Positions 51,007 to 58,381 of a stretch of DNA of 64,000 nt are shown in pieces. The position numbers and the translations under genes are program-made. This stretch comes from Candidatus Methylomirabilia bacterium (GTDB lineage: Bacteria > Methylomirabilota > Methylomirabilia > Rokubacteriales > CSP1-6). Under the pieces are notes generated by a model. It worked only from the letters and a program-made list of their open reading frames with translations, ran no database searches and had not been told where the DNA came from. The stretch spans positions 1-64,000 of the forward strand of contig JBGQHJ010000002.1 of assembly GCA_041497895.1 (NCBI GenBank). The letters are read 5' to 3'. Positions within the stretch are counted from its first letter, which is position 1; each line of letters begins with the position of its first letter.

Positions 51007-52100
51007 TGACGGTCGAGCTCATCGGCATGATCGGCGTGAGGCCCGAAGGGGCGGACGGCGCCGCGGTGCACGTGATCGGCGGTGCGATCGACCTCGGCTG
51101 GGTCCGCGACTTCTCGCGCGCCCACGAGGTGGCCGGCTTCGACAAGGTGCTGGTCGGTTACACCGCGACCTCGGCGGACGGCTTCCTCGTCTCGAGCTAC
51201 GCGGCCTCGCACACCGAGCGGCTCGGCTACCTGATCGCGCACCGCCCCGGCTTCGTCGCGCCCACGCTCGCCGCGCGCAAGGCGGCCACCCTCGACCAGC
51301 TCTCGAACGGCCGCGTCTCCCTGCACATCATCACCGGAGGCAGCGATGCCGACCAGGCGCGCGACGGCGATTACGCCGATCACGACACGCGCTACCGGCG
51401 GACCGACGAGTACCTCGGGCTCATGCGCCGGATGTGGACCGAGGAGCGGCTGTTCGATCACGAAGGGGAGTTCTACCGGGTGACGAAGGCCGGCTCGGAC
51501 GTCAAGCCGGTCCAGAAGCCGCACATCCCGCTCTACTTCGGCGGTGCCTCCGAGGCCGCGCACCGGATCGGGGCGCGACACTGCGACGTCTACATGCTCT
51601 GGGGCGAGCCGCTCGCCGCGATGCGCGACCGGATCGCGGAGGTGCGCGCCGCCGCCGCGCGCGTCGGACGGGACCCGCGCGAGCTGCGGTTCAGCGTCTC
51701 GCTGCGGCCGATCATCGCCCCCACGGAGGCCGCCGCCTGGGCCAAGGCGCGCGGGATCCTCGAGCGCGTCCAGGCCAAGCAGGGTGACCGCACGCTGCCG
51801 CTGCCGGAGGCGGTGGGCGCCCGGCGCCTGGTGGACTTCGCCCAGCAGGCCGAGGTGCACGACAAGCGGCTGTGGACGCCGATCGCGGCCGCGGTCGGCG
51901 GCGCCGGTAACACCACCGCGCTGGTGGGCACGCCGGAGCAGGTGGCCGAGTCGCTCCTCGACTACTACGACCTGGGCGTCTCCACCCTGCTGATCCGCGG
52001 GTTCGATCCGCTCGCCGACGCGGCCGAGTACGGTCGCGAGCTGATCCCGCTCGTTCGCGCCGGGGCGGCCCGGCGCGATCGGGACCGGCCGGCGGCCTGA
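51003..52100 (+). CDS. LLM-class flavin-dependent monooxygenase (SsuD-like)
   Basis: LIAHRPGFVAPTLAARKAATLDQLSNGR, PLYFGGAS, WGEP, GNTTALVGTPEQVA. Confidence 0.9.
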   Translation: MMTVELIGMIGVRPEGADGAAVHVIGGAIDLGWVRDFSRAHEVAGFDKVLVGYTATSADGFLVSSYAASHTERLGYLIAHRPGFVAPTLAARKAATLDQLSNGRVSLHIITGGSDADQARDGDYADHDTRYRRTDEYLGLMRRMWTEERLFDHEGEFYRVTKAGSDVKPVQKPHIPLYFGGASEAAHRIGARHCDVYMLWGEPLAAMRDRIAEVRAAAARVGRDPRELRFSVSLRPIIAPTEAAAWAKARGILERVQAKQGDRTLPLPEAVGARRLVDFAQQAEVHDKRLWTPIAAAVGGAGNTTALVGTPEQVAESLLDYYDLGVSTLLIRGFDPLADAAEYGRELIPLVRAGAARRDRDRPAA

Positions 52101-52104
52101 GCCG

Positions 52105-52674
52105 ATGCCCCGCCTGCTCGCGGTGGTCGGGGCGGTGACCCCGCCGGGAAGGCTCGACGCGGCGGTGCGCTTCGCGGCCGACTGCGCGGGCGCGCTGCCC
52201 GATGTCTCGGCCACCGTGCTGAGCCTGGGAGCCCACCGCATCTCCTTCGCCGACGGGCGCCCGCTCGAGGGCTACGCCGACGACACCGCGCGGATCGTGA
52301 GCGCGGTCGCGGCGGCGGACGCGGTGCTGCTCGCGAGCCCGGTCTACCGCGCGTCGTTCACCGGCGCGCTGAAGAATCTGCTCGACCTCACCCCGCTGCC
52401 CGCGCTCCGCGGCAAGCCGGTGGGGATCGTGGCCATGGGAGCGACCTCGCACCACTACCTGGGAGTGGACTGGCAGCTGCGGGCCGTGCTCGCCTGGTTC
52501 GGGGCGCTGGTGGTGCCCACCAGCGTCTATCTGGAGTCCGGGCACTTCCAGGACGGGCGGCTCGCCGATGCCGGCGCGGCCGCCGCGCTGACCGACCTGG
52601 TTCGGGCCCTCGTCGCGATGACGGGCCACGCCCGGGAGCAGGCGGGGCCGCCGCCATTGGCGGCCGGGCGCTAG
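52105..52674 (+). CDS. NADPH-dependent FMN reductase (SsuE-like)
   Basis: ASPVYRASFTGALKNLLD, GKPV, HYL. Confidence 0.88.
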   Translation: MPRLLAVVGAVTPPGRLDAAVRFAADCAGALPDVSATVLSLGAHRISFADGRPLEGYADDTARIVSAVAAADAVLLASPVYRASFTGALKNLLDLTPLPALRGKPVGIVAMGATSHHYLGVDWQLRAVLAWFGALVVPTSVYLESGHFQDGRLADAGAAAALTDLVRALVAMTGHAREQAGPPPLAAGR

Positions 52675-52702
52675 CCGGCCGCGCGGCCGGCTGAGACAGG
52701 GG

Positions 52703-53257
52703 TTAGCGCGGGGGTGCGGTGACGAAGGCGCGCAGCATGTCCCGCGCGGCCGGACCGCTCCAGTCCTTGGCCCCGACGATGCGGCCGACGAGCCGGCCCT
52801 CGCGATCCACGAGGTACGCGGTGGGCGGACCCCACACCCCGTACTGGCGCCCGGTGACGTCGCCGCTGGCGTCCAGAAGCACGGTCGCCACGTAGCCGCG
52901 CTCGCTGACGGTGCGCTTCACCAGGTCGGCGCTCTCACGGAAACTGATCAGCACGACCGCGAGCCCCTGCTCCTTCATCTCCTGGTATAGCCGATTGACG
53001 GAAGGTAACTCCTCCCGGCAATCCGGTCACCAGGTGGCCCAGAAGAAGACCAGGAGCGCCTTGCCCCGGTAATCCTCCAGCCGCACGGTGCGGCCGTCGA
53101 GCGCGGGCAGCGCGAAGGCGGGGGCGGGCTTGGGCGACTCGTAGACCTGCACTCCCATCTTCTCCCAGGCCGCCGGCGCGGCGGCGGGCTGCGCCGCCGC
53201 GACCGTGGCCCAGAGCGCCGCCGCGATCGTGCTGCCCGCGGCGATTCGCGCGATCAT
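52703..53257 (-). CDS. Exported TlpA/ResA-like thiol-disulfide oxidoreductase, predicted selenoprotein (WATW-U-PDC)
   Basis: ORFs 53027-53257 and 52703-52978 are in frame; TGA at 53027-53029 sits at the first Cys of CxxC; reading through gives APAFALPALDG...FFWATWUPDCREELP...GPPTAYLVDREG; signal peptide. Confidence 0.88.
52991..53026 (-). promoter_or_regulatory. Candidate bacterial SECIS hairpin for the TlpA-like gene
   Basis: mRNA after UGA: CCG-GAUUG-C-CGGGAGG-AGUUA-CCUUCCG-U-CAAUC-GG; uses A/T-ending codons (TTA, AAT) rare in this GC-rich DNA. Confidence 0.7.
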
Positions 53258-53802
53258 CAGACGCCGGACTCCTTCAGCGCCTTGAGCACCTCCGCGGGAT
53301 CCAGCAGGTCGAGCGGGTTGGCCTCGACCTTGATCCAGCGGACGACGCCGTTCTTGTCGATCACGTAGTACGCGCGCTTGGCGTAGCGGTAGATCGGGCT
53401 CTTGTCGTCGGTGACCAGCGCGTCATAGGCCGGAAGCATCGATCGGCGGAAATCGGAGAGGAGGAGGTAGTGGATGCTGTTCTGCTTGCCCCAGGCTTCC
53501 AGTGTTGCGATATGGTCGGCACTCACGCCCACGACCTGGGCGCCCGCAGCCTCGAACTGGGGCATGGCCCCCTCGAAGCTGAGCAGTTCCTTGGTTCAGG
53601 TGCCGGTGAACGCCTGGATGAAGGTGAAGATCACGACGGGGCCCTTGGCGGTCAGGTCGGACAGCTTGACCTGCTTGCCGCCGGGAGCCGCCAGGGTGAA
53701 GTCGGGCGCTTTCTGGCCGACTTCCAGGGCGGCGACCGGGGAGGCCAGGGCCAGACTGGTCAGCAGCAGCGCTGTGACCAGCGGCAGGGTAACTCGGCGC
53801 AT
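53257..53802 (-). CDS. Exported AhpC/TSA (BCP-like) peroxiredoxin, predicted selenoprotein (AFTGT-U-TKE)
   Basis: RBS AAAGGAG, signal peptide, VGQKAPDFTL; in-frame TGA at 53596-53598 at the peroxidatic Cys site; continues VVGVSAD, LLSD, KRAYYVIDKNG; no Cys in the protein. Confidence 0.88.
53548..53580 (-). promoter_or_regulatory. Candidate SECIS hairpin for the Sec-peroxiredoxin
   Basis: 15 nt after UGA: AGCUUCGA-GGGGGCCAUGCCCCAGU-UCGAGGCU (8-bp lower stem, GGGG/CCCC upper stem); alternative GAACUG/CAGUUC pairing is possible. Confidence 0.5.
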
Positions 53803-53889
53803 GGCAATCTCCTTTCCGGAGTGTGGGGTGACGCTGTCAGAACCCCCGGCAGGCTCCCGAAGTTTCCGGGCCGCGCGCATAATGCGCCC

Positions 53890-54729
53890 ATGCGCACCGT
53901 GCCGGGGCCCGAGGCCTTCGCCGCCGCCGGGGTCGCCTGGAGAATACACCGGGAGCGGGTGCTTCTCGCCGGATGGGGTCGGGCCATCCTGCTCCAGCTC
54001 GCCCACCCTCTGGTCGCGCGGGGCGTGGCCGAGCACAGCGTCTTCACCACCGAGCCCTGGGGCTGGGCGCGGCGTCTCCACCGCACGCTCGGGGCCATGC
54101 TCGCGCTGACCTTCGGGCCCGACGAGGCCGCGGCGGCGGCGGCCGCCCGGATCAACGCGATCCACGATCGCGTCCACGGCCGCCTCGACCGGGCCGCGGG
54201 CGGCGAGCCCGCCGGCGCCCCGTACAGCGCCCACGATCCGGAGCTGCTCGCGTGGGTGCACGCCACGCTGCTGGACTCCTTCCTGGGGGCCTACCGGCTC
54301 TTCGTCGGGCCGCTCGCCATCGCCGACGCGGACCACTACTGCGCCGAGGCGAGCGCGATCGAGGCCCGACTGCGCATCCCGGCCGGCCGCCTCCCGCGCA
54401 CGGAGGCCGCGCTGCGCGACTACGTGGAGGCCATGCTGGCCGGCGACACCCTCGAGGTGACCGACACCGCGCGCGCGCTCGCGCGCGAGGTGCTCGCGCC
54501 CCCGGTTCCGTATCTGCTGCGGCCGGCCCTGCGGCTCGCCGCGCTGCCCGCGGTCGGGCTGTTGCCCCCGGCCATCCGGGCCGGCTACGGCCTGCCGTGG
54601 GACGCCCGCCACGCGCGGGCGCTGGCGGTCGTGGCCGCGGTCAGCCGCCGGGGCCTGCCCCTCGTGCCCCCGTCGCTCCGCTTCTGGGCGGCGGCGCGCC
54701 GCGCGATCCGCCCGCGGTGCCCTCGATGA
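53890..54729 (+). CDS. Oxygenase MpaB/DUF2236-family protein
   Basis: [45 protein letters not shown]. Confidence 0.88.
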   Translation: MRTVPGPEAFAAAGVAWRIHRERVLLAGWGRAILLQLAHPLVARGVAEHSVFTTEPWGWARRLHRTLGAMLALTFGPDEAAAAAAARINAIHDRVHGRLDRAAGGEPAGAPYSAHDPELLAWVHATLLDSFLGAYRLFVGPLAIADADHYCAEASAIEARLRIPAGRLPRTEAALRDYVEAMLAGDTLEVTDTARALAREVLAPPVPYLLRPALRLAALPAVGLLPPAIRAGYGLPWDARHARALAVVAAVSRRGLPLVPPSLRFWAAARRAIRPRCPR

Positions 54730-55184
54730 GCGTCGCGATCACGCTGGTGATCGAGTCGCCCCGCCAGCCCGAGGTGGCGCGGCTGCTCGAGGCCCTCGAC
54801 GCCTACCAGAGCGCGCTCTACCCGCCCGAGAGCAACCACTTCCTCGACGTGGAGGCGCTGGCCGCGCCGAACGTGCGCTTCATCGTCGCCCGTCGCGGGG
54901 CGGTGGCGGTCGGCTGCGGCGCGCTGCGGATCGACGTGGGCTATGGCGAGCTGAAGCGGATGTACGTGGTGCCGGAGGCGCGCGGCCATCGGCTCGGGCG
55001 ACTCATCCTGGACCGCATCGAAGCGGAGGCGCGCCGGGAGGGCCTGCGCTGTCTGCGCCTCGAGACCGGCATCCGCCAGCCGGAGGCGCTCGCGGTCTAC
55101 CGGGCGGCGGGCTACGCGGAGCGGGAGGCCTTCGGGGAGTACGCGCCGGACCCGCTCAGCGTCTTCATGGAGAAGATCCTCTGA
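54726..55184 (+). CDS. GNAT-family N-acetyltransferase
   Basis: VGCGAL, ELKRMYV, RGHRLG, LRLETGIRQPEA, SVFMEK. Confidence 0.92.
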   Translation: MSVAITLVIESPRQPEVARLLEALDAYQSALYPPESNHFLDVEALAAPNVRFIVARRGAVAVGCGALRIDVGYGELKRMYVVPEARGHRLGRLILDRIEAEARREGLRCLRLETGIRQPEALAVYRAAGYAEREAFGEYAPDPLSVFMEKIL

Positions 55185-55459
55185 CGGCCCCACCACATGC
55201 CGAGCACCGCGGCGGTGCCGCCGAGCCCCACCGCGCCCATCACGGCACCGCGGCGCAACGTCTCCCAGCCGCGGCCGACCTTGACCATGACGTGGGCCGG
55301 GATGGCATCGATGTCGGCGCGCACCCGCCACTTGGCGAACGCCAGCGGATCCGCGGGATGCCAGTACGCGCCCTCGTCGTCGACGACGCAGAGGTGCAGG
55401 TCGCACGTCTCGGGAGCGGCGCAGCGCTCGGCTTTCCAGCCGATGCCGCGGCCGCGCAT
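55112..55459 (-). CDS. Hypothetical protein with C-terminal hydrophobic segment
   Basis: MRGRGIGWKAERC...CDLHLC...GAVMGAVGLGGTAAVLGMWW; start uncertain, overlaps the GNAT 3' end. Confidence 0.4.
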   Translation of the reverse strand: MRGRGIGWKAERCAAPETCDLHLCVVDDEGAYWHPADPLAFAKWRVRADIDAIPAHVMVKVGRGWETLRRGAVMGAVGLGGTAAVLGMWWGRQRIFSMKTLSGSGAYSPKASRSA

Positions 55460-55476
55460 TCCCAGGCCCTGAAGGG

Positions 55477-55545
55477 TCACGCGAGCAGCCATATCGCACC
55501 CAGTCCCACCAGCACTGCCGTCCTGATCAATCCTGCCAGGCCCAT
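55477..55545 (-). CDS. Putative 22-aa single-helix small protein
   Basis: MGLAGLIRTAVLVGLGAIWLLA*; GGAGGT 8 nt upstream of the ATG. Confidence 0.45.
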   Translation of the reverse strand: MGLAGLIRTAVLVGLGAIWLLA

Positions 55546-55591
55546 GGTCACGCACCTCCCGTCCTCGTGTCGGATCGCCGCGCTACTCTCT

Positions 55592-55619
55592 ATATCGGTC
55601 GAGATCCAACCGGGCTTGA
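55592..55619 (-). promoter_or_regulatory. Sigma-28-like promoter
   Basis: Minus strand TCAAG-N15-ACCGATAT resembles the TAAAG...GCCGATAA consensus. Confidence 0.4.
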
Positions 55620-55944
55620 AGCTCTCTCCTGCTCATGTGACGCGTCCAGCACGCTCGGCGTTTCGCGACATCTGCGTAACGCTGGACCCGAGAGCGGAGG
55701 CGGGCTCACCCCTCGCGCAGAACCGGTGTGTGGCGAGGGGTCCGTGGTTCAACCCGCGCTCCGCCTCGGGCAATCCAGAATCAGAGCAAGAGACGGGCCA
55801 CGAGGGAAACAAGGTAAATCTCCGGGTCCGGTACGGGTTCGCTGCTCTGCGTTAGGAAAGGCGGTTGCAGTACTGTGGAACGAATTTCCCTGAGGTGGCC
55901 AGCGCCGTGGCGACGACCCTCCCAATCGGTGTTAGAGTACGCGC

Positions 55945-56583
55945 ATGCGCGGGGCGCTGATCACCGTCGAGGGCGTGGAAGGCTCCGGTAAATCCACCCA
56001 GTGCGCGCGATTGGCGCAGTACCTGACGAGCCGCGGCATCGAGGTGGTCCAGACCAGCGAGCCCGACGGCACCCCCCTTGGGCTCCGGATCCGGGCCCTG
56101 TTCGAGACCGACGGGCCGACCCCGACCCCCCTCACCCAGACCTTCCTCTTCATGGCAGCCCGGCAGGAGCACGTCACCCGGGTGATCGCACCAGCCTTGA
56201 CGCGAGGCGCCGTGGTCATCTCCGATCGCTACGCGGATGCGACGGTTGCCTACCAGGGCCACGGGCAGGGGGTGGACGTCCAGACGATCGGCGAGCTGAA
56301 CATGCTCGCGACGGGCGGGGTGCTGCCGGACCTCACCCTCGTGCTCGACCTGGACCCGGTGGCGGGCATGCAGCGCATCCGGGGCCGCGCACTCGACGCC
56401 TTCGAGAAGATGGACCTGGCCTTCCACCGGCGCGTGCGCGAGGGCTATCTCGAGATCGCCCGCAGCGACAAGAGCCGGGTGACGGTGCTCGACGCGGGCC
56501 GCGACCCGGACGTCTTGCACGCCGAGGTGACCCGCGCGGTGGACGAGTGCCTGGCGCGGCGGGGAGGCGGCCGTGGCGCTTGA
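55945..56583 (+). CDS. tmk: Thymidylate kinase
   Basis: ITVEGVEGSGKSTQ, EP, SDRY, AYQG, PDLT. Confidence 0.96.
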   Translation: MRGALITVEGVEGSGKSTQCARLAQYLTSRGIEVVQTSEPDGTPLGLRIRALFETDGPTPTPLTQTFLFMAARQEHVTRVIAPALTRGAVVISDRYADATVAYQGHGQGVDVQTIGELNMLATGGVLPDLTLVLDLDPVAGMQRIRGRALDAFEKMDLAFHRRVREGYLEIARSDKSRVTVLDAGRDPDVLHAEVTRAVDECLARRGGGRGA

Positions 56584-57460
56584 CGGCATCCGCGACCAGC
56601 CCGAGGCGGTGACGCTGCTGCGTCGGGCCCTCGATACCGGGCGCGTGGCCCACGCCTATGCCTTCGTGGGACCCGAGGGCTCGGGCCGGAAGGCGACCGC
56701 CCTGGCCTTCGCCGCCGCGCTGGTGGCGCCGGACGGCGGGCCCGCGGCCGAGCGGGCCGCCCGGGGTCGCCATCCCGACGTGCACCTGCTGGGGCCGACG
56801 CCGCCCGCCGGCAATCCCAAGGGAGCCCAGGCCCTGCGCGTCGAGACGATCCGGGAGCTGGAGCGGCTGGCCGCGCTCAAGCCGATGGAAGCGCGCGTGA
56901 AGGTATTCGTCGTGGACGAGGCGGAGAAGATGACCCTGGCCACGCCCCAGGCCTTCCTCAAGACCCTGGAGGAGCCGCCGGCGCAGACGGTGATCGTGCT
57001 GATCCTCACCCAGCTGCGGGCGCTGCCGCCGACGGTGCTCTCGCGCTGCCAGGTGGTGCGCTTCCGCCCCCGCCTCACCGAGGGCGTGCCGGCGCTCCTG
57101 CCCGACGTGCAGACCGAGGCCCACGCCCAGAGCCTGCGCCAGCTCGCCCTCGCCCGGACGCAGGGTGCGGAGGCCATTGTCAAGCTGGGCGACCAGGTGG
57201 GTCGCGACCGGCAGGCGGCGGAGACCTTCGTCCAGGCGTGCTGGCTGTGGCACCGCGACCTGCTGTGCGCGCTGGCCGGCGGCCCCGCGCGGCTCGCCGT
57301 CTTCGGCGAGGCGGCGATGGCGGCGGGGCGGGAGCGCTCGCTCGACTCGGTGCTGCGCGCGCTGCGCGATTGTCGCGAGGCCTGGCTGGCAATTCAGGGA
57401 AACGTCTCCCCGCGTCTCAGCGTGGAGGTGCTGCTCGGGCGCCTCGTGGAGGTGGCGTGA
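56573..57460 (+). CDS. holB: DNA polymerase III subunit delta'
   Basis: HAYAFVGPEGSG, HPD, DEAEKMT, FLKTLEEPP, LPPTVLSRCQ; follows tmk. Confidence 0.9.
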   Translation: MALDGIRDQPEAVTLLRRALDTGRVAHAYAFVGPEGSGRKATALAFAAALVAPDGGPAAERAARGRHPDVHLLGPTPPAGNPKGAQALRVETIRELERLAALKPMEARVKVFVVDEAEKMTLATPQAFLKTLEEPPAQTVIVLILTQLRALPPTVLSRCQVVRFRPRLTEGVPALLPDVQTEAHAQSLRQLALARTQGAEAIVKLGDQVGRDRQAAETFVQACWLWHRDLLCALAGGPARLAVFGEAAMAAGRERSLDSVLRALRDCREAWLAIQGNVSPRLSVEVLLGRLVEVA

Positions 57461-57464
57461 GGCC

Positions 57465-58361
57465 ATGAGCGAGCCGACCGAGCCGGCGATCCCCGAGGCG
57501 CTCGAGGTCCCCGTCGACGACACGCCCCGCTACCTGATCGGGGTGCGCCTGCGCGAGCCGCTCCTGACCGAGGACTACCAGACCACCGATCCTGACCTGC
57601 ACGTCGGCGACTTCGTGCTGGTGGAGACCGGCGGGGGATCCGTGCCGGGCGAGGTGCGCCGACCCAAGCGGCCGGTGCCGTCGTTCAAGCTCGACCGCGT
57701 GTACCGCCGGGTCGTGCGCCGGGCGACCGCGCGCGAGGTGGCCGACTGGCGCGAGCGCCGGGGCCTCGAGGTGAAGGGGGTCGAGACCTGCGCGCGCACC
57801 GCGCGGGCGCGCGGCCTCGCCATGAAGATCGTGGACGTGGAGATGGACGCCTCCCGCCGCCGCGTCACCGTGTTCTTCAACTCCGAGGAGCGCGTGGACT
57901 TCCGCGACCTGGTCCGCGACCTGGCCCGCGAGTTCCACGCTCGCATCGAGATGCGGCAGATCGGGGCCCGCGACACCACCAAGCTGCTCGACGGCATCGG
58001 CCCGTGTGGCCGGCAGCTCTGCTGCTCGTCGCACCTGCGCAAGTTCGACCCGATCTCGGTGAAGATGGCCAAGGCGCAGGACATGCCGCTCACCGACAGC
58101 CGGCTCCTCGGCAACTGCGGGCGGCTCAAGTGCTGCCTGCTCTACGAGTTCTCGACCTACGAGGCGCTGCGCTCGCGGCTGCCGCGGGTGAACACCCCCT
58201 GCTCGGCCTCCTGCGGGGGCGGTGGCTGCATGACCGGCAAGGTCCGTTCGCTGCGGGTGCTCAAGCAGTCGGTGGTGGTCGGCTTCCCCGACGGCACCGA
58301 GGCGGAGGTGCCGCTCGACCAGCTCACCTGGGAGGGGCGCGACCACATCAAGCCGGCCTGA
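57465..58361 (+). CDS. PSP1-domain protein (YaaT/RicT family)
   Basis: RVDFRDLVRDLA, RIEMRQIGARD, GPCGRQLCC, KMAKAQ, CGRLKCCL. Confidence 0.92.
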   Translation: MSEPTEPAIPEALEVPVDDTPRYLIGVRLREPLLTEDYQTTDPDLHVGDFVLVETGGGSVPGEVRRPKRPVPSFKLDRVYRRVVRRATAREVADWRERRGLEVKGVETCARTARARGLAMKIVDVEMDASRRRVTVFFNSEERVDFRDLVRDLAREFHARIEMRQIGARDTTKLLDGIGPCGRQLCCSSHLRKFDPISVKMAKAQDMPLTDSRLLGNCGRLKCCLLYEFSTYEALRSRLPRVNTPCSASCGGGGCMTGKVRSLRVLKQSVVVGFPDGTEAEVPLDQLTWEGRDHIKPA

Positions 58362-58381
58362 CGGGCCGGCCCACCCGACCC

